This document shows, piece by piece, positions 32,258 to 44,138 of a DNA stretch of 64,000 bases. A program made the position numbers and the translations under genes. This stretch comes from Alphaproteobacteria bacterium. GTDB taxonomy: Bacteria; Pseudomonadota; Alphaproteobacteria; SHVV01. The DNA lies in the NCBI GenBank assembly GCA_965261735.1, contig OZ253470.1:3616001-3680000 (forward strand). Direction: 5' to 3'. Numbering within the stretch: the stretch's first letter is position 1; the number at the start of each line of letters is the position of its first letter. The notes below the pieces were generated by a model. It worked only from the letters and a program-made list of their open reading frames with translations, made no database searches and was not told the DNA's origin.

Positions 32258-33503
32258 GATCGTGTCCCGGCGCGTGGTGTAAGAGCGTTGCGCTCTACGC
32301 GGCTCCCGGCGGGTAGGGCCGGGACGTTATGGAGCCGTTCGATCGGGTTTGTGGAGTGCAATTTCTGGCGGTGCTCCTTGGGGAAAGTCATGTAGGCGAG
32401 GACGTCGTGCTCGGCTTCGTCCATGAGAACTGCCAGCTTGGGCACCTTGGGCCTGAGCTGGTCAGCGACCTGACGCCACTGGGCCTTCGCGCTGTCGGCG
32501 TCCTCCTGGGCGAAGGCGGAGACGACGCGCCGGCCCTGGCGGCCGGCATGGGCCAGCAGGTTGCGGGCGAAGTGCACGCGGCATCTTTGCCAGGTGGCGC
32601 CGAGGATCCGGGTCGCGGCGGCCTTCAGACCCTTGTGGTCGTCGGAGATCAACAGCTTCACGCCACGCAGCCCGCGCCGGGCCAGCGAGCGCAGGAACTC
32701 GGTCCAGAAGGCCTCGGCCTCAGACGCGCCGATCGCCATGCCCAGGACCTCGCGGCGGCCCTGGTCGTTGACGGCCACAGCCACGGTCACCGCGACCGAG
32801 ACGATGCGCCCGGCCTCGCGCACCTTCACATAGGTTGCGTCGAGCCACAGATAGGGCCAGTCGCCCTCCAGCGATCGATCGAGGAAGCCGGTGACCTTAT
32901 CGTCGATCTCGCCGCACAGCCTGGAGACCTGGCTCTTGGAGACGCCCGACATGCCCATGGCCTGCACCAGGTCGTCGACCGAGCGGGTCGACACGCCCTG
33001 GATGTAGGCCTCCTGGATCACCGCAGCCAGCGCCTTCTCGGCCATCCGCCGCGGCTCCAGGAAGCCCGGGAAGTAGCTCCCCTTCCTCAGCTTCGGGATC
33101 TTCAGCTCGACCGTGCCGGCCCGCGTCTCCCAGGACCGGTTGCGGTAGCCGTTGCGGTGGGTGATACGATCCGCCGAGCGCTCGCCGTGAGCGGCGCCGG
33201 TCAGGCCCTCAACCTCCAGTGCCATCAGCCGCTCGGCCGTGAAGCCGATCATCTCGCAAAGCAGATCGGCATCGGAGCTCTTCTCCAAAAGCGCGCGCAG
33301 GGTCATCATGTCCTGGGTCATCGTGGTTCTCCTTCGGGTCAGGTTGGTTTGCACTAGCCCAACCCTAAACCGGAACCGCGATGGCCTCCGCTGTGGATAG
33401 CCGGCTTGCCTACGCCAGACTCTCGGCGGTCGCTACGGCAAGCCGCCTACCCACAGCTACCAGAGGCTCCAACAACTCCTACACCACGTCCTGGGACACG
33501 ACC
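32258..33503 (-). mobile_element. IS256 type A variant with 3' internal deletion
   Basis: Both TIRs; TSD TTAGGAAC; several substitutions relative to copies 1-3; the last ~50 codons are missing. Confidence 0.9.
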
Positions 33504-33515
33504 TTAGGAACGAGC

Positions 33516-33710
33516 CTTGCCTATCCGGTTAACGCCCATGACCGCTACATGTAGGGTGCCGCCACTCTCCCGAGTAAAGCTCGGCATAGGTTGGAGCAGA
33601 GGTGTCGCCCGCGATGCCGAGCAATGAGCGGAAGGCGTTGAACGGGTAGAACCGCCTGTTGAAGCGGAAGGTGAACTCGTTGAGGTAGGCTTGTAGGTGC
33701 TGGTGGCTAA
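33516..33710 (-). mobile_element. IS1595 type A right-end fragment
   Basis: Matches about 24386-24580. Confidence 0.88.
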
Positions 33711-35281
33711 CCTGACTTATTCATCGGAGGCAGAGTTTATCGGTTGATTTTGAGCGCGCGAAGGTTTGTGTTCGGCGCCTTGCGGTGCCGGGATTTGAGG
33801 TTGGCGGTGTCGGGGTTTGGGGTTGAATGGGCTCGGGTTGGCGGGGCACGGCGCCCCGGCGATCAGGGGCCCGCGGCGGCGAGGCGCCCGGCCAGCAGGC
33901 GGAACAGGGCGGCATCCGGACAGGCCGAAGCGAAGTGGATGCGGATGCGGGCGGCCTTTTCGACGACGCGGGCGCCGATCTTGAGCAGGCTTTTCCTGAG
34001 GGTCGCGAACTCGGCCCAGGCAAGCGGCATCCGGCGGGGCACGGCATCGCGCAGGGCGAGCATGAGCCAGTAGGCCGCGGTGTGCAGGACGAGGCGGAAC
34101 TGGTTAGCGAGCGGGCTCTGGCAGGAGGTCCGGTCGGAGGCGAGCTGGCCCTTGTGCAGCTTGATGAGGTTCTCGGGCTCGCCACCGAGCGAGGTGACGA
34201 TGTAGCGGGCGTCGAAGCCCCGCGCGGTCGCCTCCAGCCGGGCGACGACCCGGCGCTGGCGGCTCCAGGAGCGGGCGGCGTAGGCGAACGCGGCGAAGCC
34301 CCGCATCCTGTCCGCGCCGGCCTCGGCGCGGCGCACCCTGAGGTCGTCGGCCACCTCGTATGAGAGGCGGTGCAACACGCTGTTGCCGGCCAGGCCGAAG
34401 ATGTAGTCGACGCCGGTGTCCTCGCACCACGCCATGGCCTCGGTCCGTCCGTAGTGGGAATCTCCCCGGAAGGTGAGCCGGGTGCGCGGCCAGTGCCGGC
34501 GGATGCGGCGCACCAGGTGCTTGAGGAGGGTCCGGACCTCGGCGCCCGACGGCGTCTTGCCGGGGCGCAGGAGAACCGCCACCGGCTTGCCGCTCTCGAC
34601 GTGGTAGACGTGGACCGGCAGGAAGCAGCGGGTGTCGTAGTGGGCATGGAACAGCGACAGCTGCTGGTGGCCGTGCACCGGATCGCAGGTATCGTCGATG
34701 TCGAGCGTGATCGCCGCGGGAGGGGCGGGGAAGCTGCGGCAGAAGAGATCGACCAGCGCCGCCGTCATGCGCGCCACCTCGATGCGCGAGGGCGCGTTCT
34801 CCAGCCGGCTCATGGTCGGTTGCGAGCACAGCGCGCGGCCGCTCTCCGGCGCCCGGCCGACGGCCAGCTTGAACAGCGGATCGGTACGCAGGGCGTCGCA
34901 GTCGTCGGCATCCTCGTATCCGCAGGCGATCGCGAACATGCGGAAGCGCAGCATCGCCGGCAGCGTGTGCACCACCAGCGCCGGATCGCGCCACTCCCGG
35001 ATGCAGCCCGCCAGCGCCTCGGCCAGGCCAAGCCGGCGTTCGGCCCCGCGCAACAGGACCAGCCCGCCGTCCGACGAGATCAGCCCGCCCCCGAAATCGG
35101 CGGTCACCTTCTTGCGTTTGACGGCTGGAAGATCGAACGGGAGCTGGCTATCTTCGGTCATGGTGGGCGTGGCGCTTTCGTTGCCTGGGGAGAAGGACGC
35201 TGGACAACGACTTTCTACCCAATACCAACGACTTACGCCATGTCCGCCATCATAACATTGGGCCGCGCTGAATAAAGCGGG
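33711..35281 (-). mobile_element. IS1380-family element (transposase 33863-35161, probable small internal deletion)
   Basis: Ends CCTGACTTATTCA / TGAATAAAGCGGG; SSDGG, GYEDADD, LDIDDT, RGDSHY motifs; the usual Y..RG.AEN segment is missing before ENLIK. Confidence 0.88.
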
Positions 35282-36436
35282 CTAGTGGATTGATTCCAAC
35301 GTTTGGAACCCTCTGTTTCGTGCGGCGATGATATGATCGGGGTCGGCTTTCCAGATGAAGGGTTTTGGGTTTGCGTCATTGTATTCGCGGACAAATCGGT
35401 TGATGGCGTCCTGAAGGTCGACGACGGATTGGAAGACGCCGTATTTGAGCCTGCGCCGCGTTAGTTTGGCGAAGAAGCCCTCGACGGCATTGAGCCACGA
35501 GCACGAGGTTGGCGTGAAGTGGAAGGTCCAGCGTGGATGGCGGGCGAGCCAGGCGCGGACCTTGTCCTTCTTGTGCGCGGCGTAGTTGTCGAGGATGACG
35601 TGGACGGCCTTGTCCGTCGGCACCTCGCGCTCGATGCGGTTGAGGAAGCGGATGAACTCCTGATGGCGGTGGCGCTGCATGTTCTGTGCGATGACCGTAC
35701 CGTCCAGCACGTTGAGCGCGGCGAACAGCGTCGTCGTGCCATGCCGTTTGTAATCATAGGTCATCGTACCGGCGCGGCCCTTCTTCATCGGCAAGCCGGG
35801 TTGGGTGCGGTCGAGCGCCTGGATCTGTGATTTCTCATCAACCGACAGCACCACGGCATGGGCCGGCGGATCGACATACAAGCCGACGATATCTGTGAGC
35901 TTCTCGGCGAAGGCGGGATCATTGGAGAGCTTGAAGTGCCGCCAGCGGTGCGGGCTGAGGCCATGGGCCTTCCAGATCGCTTGGACCGTCGACGCCGCGA
36001 CGCCAGCAACCTTCGCCATCGCGCGCAGCGTCCAGTGGGTCGCCTCGTGCGGCGGCGCTTGCTGGGTCAGGCGGACGATCTCGGCGACGCGCTCCGGCGG
36101 GATCGGCGCTTTGCCAGGCGGACGGGACCTGTCGCGAAGCAAGCCGTTGACACCCTCGTGCATGAACCGCTCCTGCCAGCGCCAGACACAGGTCTTGGAC
36201 TTGCCGGTCTCGGCCATGATCGACGAGTTCCCGAGCCCCTCGTCGCTCTTCAGGATGATCCGCGCCCGCCAGACATGTTTCTGCGAGCTCTTCGGGTCCG
36301 CGACGATAGCTTGCAATCGCTGACGGTCGCCAGACGTGACAGTAAAATGGATGCCGGTGCGCATAGCACAGACTCGCATGACACCGCACAATACGGAATC
36401 TCAAATCGGACTCTTTCGTTCCGATCAATCCACTAG
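35282..36436 (-). mobile_element. IS630-family element, intact (transposase 35282-36364)
   Basis: CTAGTGGATTGA termini with TA/CTAG target; VDEK, DNY, SWLNAVEGFF. Confidence 0.93.
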
Positions 36437-36444
36437 CGCCGACC

Positions 36445-37230
36445 GCGCGCCCGCTTTCCGGCGTGCGGGCGCTCGATCTCACCCATGTCATCGCGGGGCC
36501 GGTGTGCGGTCGCGCCCTGGCCGAGCACGGCGCTGAGGTGATGCGGATCGGCGCGCCAAACGGGTACTACAACGAGTCCTTCGTCATAGACACCGGGCAC
36601 GGCAAGCTCTCCGCCCACCTCGACCTGCGCACCGTTTCGGACCGCGGGCGATTGCTGTCGCCGGCTCGCGAGTGCGACGTGTTCATCCAGGGCTTTCGGC
36701 CCGGTGCACTCGCTAAGCTGGGATTGGCGCCGGAGGATCTTTGGGCGGTGCGCCCGGGACTGATCTACGTCACGCTCTCTGCCTTCGGCCACGCCGGCCC
36801 CTGGGTGCAGCGGCGCGGATTCGACAGTCTTCTCCAGTCGACGAGCGGTATTGCCCACGAAGGCGGCGACGGCACGGCCCCAAAACACTTGCCGGCGCAG
36901 GCGCTCGACTATGCCACGGGTTATCTCGCGGCCTTCGGTGCGCTCGTGGCCCTCGAACGCCGGGCCAGAGAGGGTGGCAGCTACATGGTCCGCGTTTCGC
37001 TGGCGCAGACGGGCCGCTGGATTCAGTCGCTGGGGCGGGCGGACTCGCACGACGTGGCGCTCGCCAGACTGCCGGCTCGCGAAGACCTGCAATCGTGGAT
37101 GACCGAGAGCGAGACGGCGTTCGGGTCGATCCGCCATGTTGCGCCGCTGCTCCGAATGTCTGAGACCCAACCTTATTGGGCGCGGCCCACCGCGCCTTAC
37201 GGTGCGCACCCCCCATCCTGGCCTGCGTAA
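36445..37230 (+). pseudogene. CaiB/BaiF CoA-transferase, C-terminal half
   Basis: RALDLTHVIAGP, DTGHGK, RRGFDSLLQ, QALDYATGY. Confidence 0.8.
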
Positions 37231-37289
37231 AGGGGGAGCGTGCCGCCAAGTTCTCGTAAGGCAGCGCCGGATGACCTCGGCCCCGCGCG

Positions 37290-37480
37290 CGGGAGTGGGG
37301 TGCGGCGACCGCTTCGACCCGGCGGTCGCGATGGCGGAGCTCGGCGCACGCTGGGAGATCGGCCGCAACTACTTCAAGCGCTTCGCATGCGTCCGCTACG
37401 CCCACGGGCTGTTGGATGCGCTCGAGCGCCTAGCGATGGTGCAGCCCGAGCATCGCCGCGAGGCGGCCGCGATCGTTGTT
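37290..37480 (+). pseudogene. MmgE/PrpD family fragment
   Basis: LGARWEIGRNYFKRFACVRYAH. Confidence 0.6.
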
Positions 37481-37541
37481 ATCGAGGCGCGCGCGCACGC
37501 CCCCGTCGGCCGCCTGACCGAGGCTGACTCCGTCGCGTCCG

Positions 37542-39602
37542 CTACGAGAGCCCCACGTGAATGCGGATCTCGCCCAGCGATCCGATTTCAAACCGGTCGT
37601 TTGGGCCGATTAGCGTCGTCGAACTGTATTCCTCGATGATCGCGGGGCCTTCCGAATCAAAGCCGACGGGCAGGCGCGACCGCCGGAAGACCGCCGTGGA
37701 CAGGGCGGCATCCGGCTCCTTGAAGTAAACGGGCCGCGGCGCTGCGATCGCGGCACTCGCTGCCGTTCCCTCGCTATCTCCGATCATCTCGAGATCGGGT
37801 CGCGGGGTCGCGGCTCGGGCCGTTATCTGCAGCGTGACGAACTCGACCGGCACCTCGGAGTCGGCGTGCCCGTAGCGCCCGCGGTAGACGCCTTCGTACA
37901 CCCGCCCGATATCGTCCGCCGTTTGTCCAGCGAGAACGGGCGTCTTCACCGAGTGCGCTTGTCCGCGGTATCGCATCTCAGCGGCGCGCTCGAAAACGAT
38001 CGGGCTGTCGCCGGTTTCCCGGGCGAGTCGTTCCACGATCGTGGTTTCGAGGTGCGCGTAGAGCGCCTCCATGTCCGAGATCGCCTGCTCGCCGAGCGGC
38101 CGCAGGAAGGTCTCCGCATCGTCGAGGCGTATGTCGGCAAGGAGCATGCCGATCGCCGAGAAATTGCCGGGTTGGGGCGGCACGACGACAAGCGGAATCT
38201 GGAGCTCACGCGCGAGCGCCGAGGCATGGAGCGGTCCCCCGCCACCATACGCGAACAAGGCGAACTCCCGCGGATCGATGCCTCGCTCGACGGTGATCTT
38301 CTTGATCGAGGCGGCCATGGTCACGATGGCGATCGCGACGATGCCCTCGGCGACCACGAACAAGCCCGGCTCGTCCGGATACCCGAGCGGCTCGGCGACG
38401 CGGCCGAGAATCGCCCGCCGCGCCGCGTCCGCATCGAGGCTTAGGTCACCGCCGAGAAATGCCTGTGGGTCGAGCCGCCCGAGAACGACGTTGGCATCGG
38501 TCACGGTCGGCTCGGTACCGCCGAGGGAATAGGCGACGGGCCCCGGTTCGGAGCCGGCGGACCGCGGCCCAACGTGGAGCCGTTCCTGCTCGTCGAGCCA
38601 GGCGATCGAGCCACCGCCGGCGCCGACTTCGACGATGTCGACGACAGGGGCGCGAATCGGGAAGCCCTGCTCATAACCGCCGACATGGTATTCGGATTTC
38701 ACGTCAAAGCGGCCGGCCACGACCAGAGCGCTCTTTGCCGTGGTACCCCCCATATCGAAGGCGATAACGCGATCGAGTCCCAGGTGCTCGGCGTAGGCGA
38801 CGGCACCGATGCAACCGCCAACGGGCCCCGATTCGATGAGGAGCACGGGCTGCCGTGTGGCGCGGTCAATCGATAAAACGCCGCCGTTCGATCCCATGAG
38901 GAAGAACTCGCCGCTGAAACCGTCACCGCGCAGGGTCTGGTCGAGACGGTCGACATAGCTTGTCACCTGCGGGCCGACGAAGGCGTTGGCCGCAACGGTA
39001 GCCGTCCGCTCATACTCGTACCACTCGCGAGAAACGTCGGAGCCGCAGGTCAGATAAAGGTCAGGCAGGAGTTCTCTTAGCCACTCGGCCACCAGGCGCT
39101 CGCTCGCCGGATTGGCGTAGGCATTGAGGAACGAGATCGCGACCGCGTGGGCTTGGATCGTGGCAATCCGGGCCGCGAGCGTTTCGACCTCAGCCCGGTC
39201 CGGCGCGGTGACGACCTCCCCGGACGCGCTCATTCGCTCGCTGATCTCGAACCGGCGATCGCGTGGGATGAGCGGCGGATCGCGTCGGTACCGCAGATCG
39301 AACGGATCGGCCTTGTTGCCGCGCCCGATTTCGATGACGTCCCTGAATCCCCGGGTGACCACAAGGGCAACGTCCGCGCCGTTGCGCTGGATCAGCGTAT
39401 TGATGACGAGCGTCGTTCCGTGCTTGAAAAGCTTGGCTTCGCTGAGCGCGACGTTGGTTCGCTTCAGGCTGTCGGCGACGCCGCGCGTCAGGTCGTCATA
39501 GGTCGTCGAGTGCTTGGCGTAGACCAACCGCTCCGCCTGTCCGTCATAAACGGCAACGTCCGTGAAGGTCCCGCCGATATCGGCGGCGACGATCACGGTC
39601 AA
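37542..39602 (-). CDS. Hydantoinase/oxoprolinase A subunit (ATP-binding)
   Basis: DIGGTFTD, HGTTL..N, ESGPVGG, DMGGTT, GAGGGS, PTVTDAN. Confidence 0.92.
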   Translation of the reverse strand: MTVIVAADIGGTFTDVAVYDGQAERLVYAKHSTTYDDLTRGVADSLKRTNVALSEAKLFKHGTTLVINTLIQRNGADVALVVTRGFRDVIEIGRGNKADPFDLRYRRDPPLIPRDRRFEISERMSASGEVVTAPDRAEVETLAARIATIQAHAVAISFLNAYANPASERLVAEWLRELLPDLYLTCGSDVSREWYEYERTATVAANAFVGPQVTSYVDRLDQTLRGDGFSGEFFLMGSNGGVLSIDRATRQPVLLIESGPVGGCIGAVAYAEHLGLDRVIAFDMGGTTAKSALVVAGRFDVKSEYHVGGYEQGFPIRAPVVDIVEVGAGGGSIAWLDEQERLHVGPRSAGSEPGPVAYSLGGTEPTVTDANVVLGRLDPQAFLGGDLSLDADAARRAILGRVAEPLGYPDEPGLFVVAEGIVAIAIVTMAASIKKITVERGIDPREFALFAYGGGGPLHASALARELQIPLVVVPPQPGNFSAIGMLLADIRLDDAETFLRPLGEQAISDMEALYAHLETTIVERLARETGDSPIVFERAAEMRYRGQAHSVKTPVLAGQTADDIGRVYEGVYRGRYGHADSEVPVEFVTLQITARAATPRPDLEMIGDSEGTAASAAIAAPRPVYFKEPDAALSTAVFRRSRLPVGFDSEGPAIIEEYSSTTLIGPNDRFEIGSLGEIRIHVGLS

Positions 39603-39874
39603 GACGCGTTCAGCCGGGAACGGCCGCGCGCCGGGTCGGCGAAGGTCGAGGCCAAAACCACAACGAGAACTAAGGTGGCGCGGCAAAGACCGCACCACCC
39701 CGCTCGGCTTCGCTCGCCCTCACCGCTACTTCGACAGGTTGATGGCAACTCGTTCCATGGCAGTGCTCTTGATGTGCGCCGCCACCGAGCGGCGGAGGGT
39801 CGTGCATCGCAATCGAATCGGGTTCGCACCGACCGTGGCGCGGCGCACCGATCCCGCCGCGCCGTGCCACACGC

Positions 39875-40882
39875 TTACATGCCTGGGATGAACTCGTTGG
39901 TGTAGAAATCCTCTGCCTTCATGGACGCCGGCACGACGCCCGCGGCCTTCATGTTCTTGATACCGTCCGCCCAATCCGACGGCCCCATGTAGCCCAACGG
40001 CTTGTCCTTGGTCGCCTCGGTGACGTAAAGCGGGCGGTAGTTGGCGATCTGCCCACGGGCGACCGCGGCGTCCGCGTCGGCGTCGGGGCGTGCCTTCACC
40101 AGCGCGGCGATACCCTCTTCGACATGGCCGTTGATGACGTACTCGAAGGCACCCAGCGTGACCTTGACGAACTTGCGAATGTCATCAGGCCGGTCTGCGA
40201 TGGCCTTGTTGTTGGCGATGAGTCCGAGGCCCGGCATCTTGAGCCCGAACTGGGTAAAGGTGAACCCCTCCGAAGGCCTCGCACTGGCCATGTAAGGCAG
40301 GTCGTAGGCGGGGCCCGAGATCATCGCGTCGGCTTGCTTGTTGATGTAGGTCGACCACAAGTTGGCGGCCCCGACCCGGAGGATGCTCGCCTTCTTGATA
40401 TCGGTGCCTGCGTTGCGGAAGAACGCTTCGAGGAACGGCTGTTCAAAGCCGCCCGAGGTCGACACGATCTTCACGTTGTTGTCGACGAGGTCCTTGGGGC
40501 TCTTCCAACCCGACCCCTTCGGGACCACGACGCCGATGATCGACGTGCGGGCGAACGAGGCGATTGCCTTGACGGGAATACCTTTAACCATGCCGACGAT
40601 CGCCGGCGCATGGGTGGCGAGGCCGATCTCGTACTTGCCGGCTCCGACTAGCTGTGTGGTCACCACCGATCCGGTGCCATCCTCGAACGTGACGTCCAGG
40701 CCTTCATCCTTGTACCACCCCCTCTGGTCGGCCAGGTGGAACCAGGAATGGTGGACGTGGGCCAACCACTCGAAACGAACCTTGAGCGGCTCGGCGCCCG
40801 CCATGCTCGACAAACCAAGGATAGAAAGCAAGACAGCCGCGCCGAGCAAAGAAGCCGGCGCGAGCCCATTCAACCTTTTCAT
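39875..40882 (-). CDS. ABC substrate-binding protein, NMT1/THI5-like
   Basis: Signal peptide; GWYKDEGLDV..GTGS; AEDFYTNEF C-terminus. Confidence 0.85.
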   Translation of the reverse strand: MKRLNGLAPASLLGAAVLLSILGLSSMAGAEPLKVRFEWLAHVHHSWFHLADQRGWYKDEGLDVTFEDGTGSVVTTQLVGAGKYEIGLATHAPAIVGMVKGIPVKAIASFARTSIIGVVVPKGSGWKSPKDLVDNNVKIVSTSGGFEQPFLEAFFRNAGTDIKKASILRVGAANLWSTYINKQADAMISGPAYDLPYMASARPSEGFTFTQFGLKMPGLGLIANNKAIADRPDDIRKFVKVTLGAFEYVINGHVEEGIAALVKARPDADADAAVARGQIANYRPLYVTEATKDKPLGYMGPSDWADGIKNMKAAGVVPASMKAEDFYTNEFIPGM

Positions 40883-41026
40883 GGGATTATCCTCCATCTT
40901 GGTACCGCGCCCGCAACAGCTACCTGTAGGCCCGGCGAAGTTGATAATATAGCCCTTTGAGGAAGATGCGGCCAGCGAGTCATCCGGCACAATTCGGCGT
41001 CGGCGCTGGGAACCGGATGCGATACA

Positions 41027-42829
41027 TTGAACGATAGCGACCGAAACGGCGAAGAGCGCAAGGATGCCCGCGATCTCGATCCGGTAACGCTCGAGATCAT
41101 CCGCCACGGCCTCGGCTCGATCACCGAGCAGATCGAGACCAACATCATGCGCACCGCCTACAGTCCGCTCGTCTACGAGTACAAGGACTACGCCGTCGGC
41201 ATGGTCGACGTGGAGGGCCGACTCATTTCACAGTCGCGTGGCGGCATTCCTATTTTCGTAGCCAATGCGCTCGGCCGCGCCGTGCAGGACGGTATTCACG
41301 TCTACGGGCTCGACAACATCAACCGCGGCGACATCATCATCAGCAACCATGCCGCGACCCTCGGGCAGCACCTCAACAACATGGCCATGTACACTCCGGT
41401 CTTCGCCGACGAAGCCCGCGACGAGGTTGTCGCCTTCATAGGGGTGATCGTGCATCACATCGATGTCAGCGGGCGCTACGTCGGGTCCTGCCTCGGAAAC
41501 CGCAGCACCGACATCTTCCAAGAGGGCATCCAGTACCGCAGCGTCAAGCTCTACGCCGCGGGGCGGCGGGTCGAGGAGATCTACAGAATCATGCTCGACA
41601 ACACGCGCTTTCCGGCGATGTTCTCCGGCGACCTGGAGGCTCAACTCGGCGGCGTGCTGATGGGGCGCGATCTTTTCTCGGAGATGATCGCGCACTACGG
41701 CGCGGCGACGTTGCAGAGAGCGTTCCTGCGCATCTGGGAGCAATCCGAGCGCAAAGCGCGCGCGGCGGTGAGCGCCATCCCGGACGGCACCTACGGGGCA
41801 ACCGCGAGCCTCGATGACGACGGCATTTCGCTCGGTTCTCCCGTGCCGATCGACGTCAAAGTCGTCGTTTCGGGCGACGAGTTGACGGTCGATTTCAGCG
41901 ATCTCGCCCCGCAGATGGCCGGGCCCTTCAACTCCGGCCGCTACGGCGGCGGGATCACGGCCGCGCGCATGGCGCTCAAATACCTCACGACACCGCACGA
42001 GACGGCCAACGAGGGCTGTTTTCGGCCGCTTAAGGTCATCCTGCCGGATGGAATCTTTCTCAGCGCGGGCAAGGACGCGCCGATGGCGCTTTTCAGCGCG
42101 CCGATCGCCTCGGTGATCGACGTGATCATCCGTGCGCTCGAGGAACCCGCCCCCGGATTGGTGACCGGCGGCCACCACGCGACGTTCGGCATCCATCTTT
42201 TCCATGGCAAGGATCCCCGAACGGGTGAGCTCTACCAGCACTTCGACGCGGCCTCGGGCGGCTACGGGGCGAGCGCGCGCCAGGACGGCGGCGGGCCCTA
42301 CAAGACGATGATCGATGGCGACACCAAGGACATCCCGGTCGAGATTCAGGAGGCGCTGTATCCGCTGCGCGTCGAGTCCGTGGCCTACCGCGTCGATTCC
42401 GGCGGGCCGGGCAAGTTTCGCGGCGGGCTCGGGGTCGACAAGGTCTACCGCGCGATGGCGCCGATGAAATTCACGGCAAGCTTCGATCGCACGCTGACGC
42501 CGGCCTGGGGCGTCTGCGGCGGAAGGGACGGCGACCCGGGACGCGCCATCGTCGAGCGACCGGGTCGGCCGGCGCAGGTTGCGTTGAAAGAGGATGACAT
42601 CGAACTTGAGGCGGGTGACGTGGTTCGCATCCTGTCCGGCGGCGGCGGCGGCTTCGGCCCACCGCAGGAGCGCGACGTGGCCCAAGTGGCAGACGACGTG
42701 CGGCTCGGTTTCGTTACGCCGGAAGGAGCGCGCGCGGATTACGGGGTCGCATTGGACTCAGAGCTGCGCGTTCTCGCCGACGAGACCGCCGAGGAACGCC
42801 GACGTCGATCGAGCGCTCAAGCGGCTTGA
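41027..42829 (+). CDS. Hydantoinase/oxoprolinase B subunit
   Basis: DPVTLEII, RTAYSP, HLNN, DSGGPGKFRGG, GGGGFG.P.ER. Confidence 0.92.
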   Translation: MNDSDRNGEERKDARDLDPVTLEIIRHGLGSITEQIETNIMRTAYSPLVYEYKDYAVGMVDVEGRLISQSRGGIPIFVANALGRAVQDGIHVYGLDNINRGDIIISNHAATLGQHLNNMAMYTPVFADEARDEVVAFIGVIVHHIDVSGRYVGSCLGNRSTDIFQEGIQYRSVKLYAAGRRVEEIYRIMLDNTRFPAMFSGDLEAQLGGVLMGRDLFSEMIAHYGAATLQRAFLRIWEQSERKARAAVSAIPDGTYGATASLDDDGISLGSPVPIDVKVVVSGDELTVDFSDLAPQMAGPFNSGRYGGGITAARMALKYLTTPHETANEGCFRPLKVILPDGIFLSAGKDAPMALFSAPIASVIDVIIRALEEPAPGLVTGGHHATFGIHLFHGKDPRTGELYQHFDAASGGYGASARQDGGGPYKTMIDGDTKDIPVEIQEALYPLRVESVAYRVDSGGPGKFRGGLGVDKVYRAMAPMKFTASFDRTLTPAWGVCGGRDGDPGRAIVERPGRPAQVALKEDDIELEAGDVVRILSGGGGGFGPPQERDVAQVADDVRLGFVTPEGARADYGVALDSELRVLADETAEERRRRSSAQAA

Positions 42830-42929
42830 GCGGAAGCGCCAACAGCGACGTCGCTATCGCCTCGCGGGCCCCGCCTACGGTTTGACCATGTAGCAAACGC
42901 CCGGCAAGCCGTGCATCAGGAGGACCGAC

Positions 42930-43160
42930 ATGGAACGCACCGCTATCAACCCGACGACGCTGGCCGAGCCGGTCGGCTACTTCTCACGCGCCGTCCGCAT
43001 CGGCGACACGCTCCACGTCTCCGGAACCTCGGCGATCACCGGCTTTACCGGCGACCTCAACGATCGCCGCATTCCGGGCGGCATAGAGGAGCAGACGCGC
43101 CTTACACGCTCGACAACACCGGGAAGGTCCTGGACGCCGCGGGCGCAAGAATGGCGCTTG
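42930..43160 (+). pseudogene. RidA/YjgF family, frameshifted and truncated
   Basis: PVGYFSRAVRIGDTLHVSG...IEEQTR, continuing in another frame as TLDN..KVLDAAGA. Confidence 0.75.
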
Positions 43161-43164
43161 CCTA

Positions 43165-44138
43165 AGTTTGGCGAAGAAGCCCTCGACGGCATTGAGCCAC
43201 GAGCACGAGGTTGGCGTGAAGTGGAAGGTCCAGCGTGGATGGCGGGCGAGCCAGGCGCGGACCTTGTCCTTCTTGTGCGCGGCGTAGTTGTCGAGGATGA
43301 CGTGGACGGCCTTGTCCGTCGGCACCTCGCGCTCGATGCGGTTGAGGAAGCGGATGAACTCCTGATGGCGGTGGCGCTGCATGTTCTGTGCGATGACCGT
43401 ACCGTCCAGCACGTTGAGCGCGGCGAACAGCGTCGTCGTGCCATGCCGTTTGTAATCATAGGTCATCGTACCGGCGCGGCCCTTCTTCATCGGCAAGCCG
43501 GGTTGGGTGCGGTCGAGCGCCTGGATCTGTGATTTCTCATCAACCGACAGCACCACGGCATGGGCCGGCGGATCGACATACAAGCCGACGATATCTGTGA
43601 GCTTCTCGGCGAAGGCGGGATCATTGGAGAGCTTGAAGTGCCGCCAGCGGTGCGGGCTGAGGCCATGGGCCTTCCAGATCGCTTGGACCGTCGACGCCGC
43701 GACGCCAGCAACCTTCGCCATCGCGCGCAGCGTCCAGTGGGTCGCCTCGTGCGGCGGCGCTTGCTGGGTCAGGCGGACGATCTCGGCGACGCGCTCCGGC
43801 GGGATCGGCGCTTTGCCAGGCGGACGGGACCTGTCGCGAAGCAAGCCGTTGACACCCTCGTGCATGAACCGCTCCTGCCAGCGCCAGACACAGGTCTTGG
43901 ACTTGCCGGTCTCGGCCATGATCGACGAGTTCCCGAGCCCCTCGTCGCTCTTCAGGATGATCCGCGCCCGCCAGACATGTTTCTGCGAGCTCTTCGGGTC
44001 CGCGACGATAGCTTGCAATCGCTGACGGTCGCCAGACGTGACAGTAAAATGGATGCCGGTGCGCATAGCACAGACTCGCATGACACCGCACAATACGGAA
44101 TCTCAAATCGGACTCTTTCGTTCCGATCAATCCACTAG
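43165..44138 (-). mobile_element. IS630 copy 2, 3'-truncated, inserted at CTAG in an IS1595 left end
   Basis: Matches 35463-36436. Confidence 0.9.
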
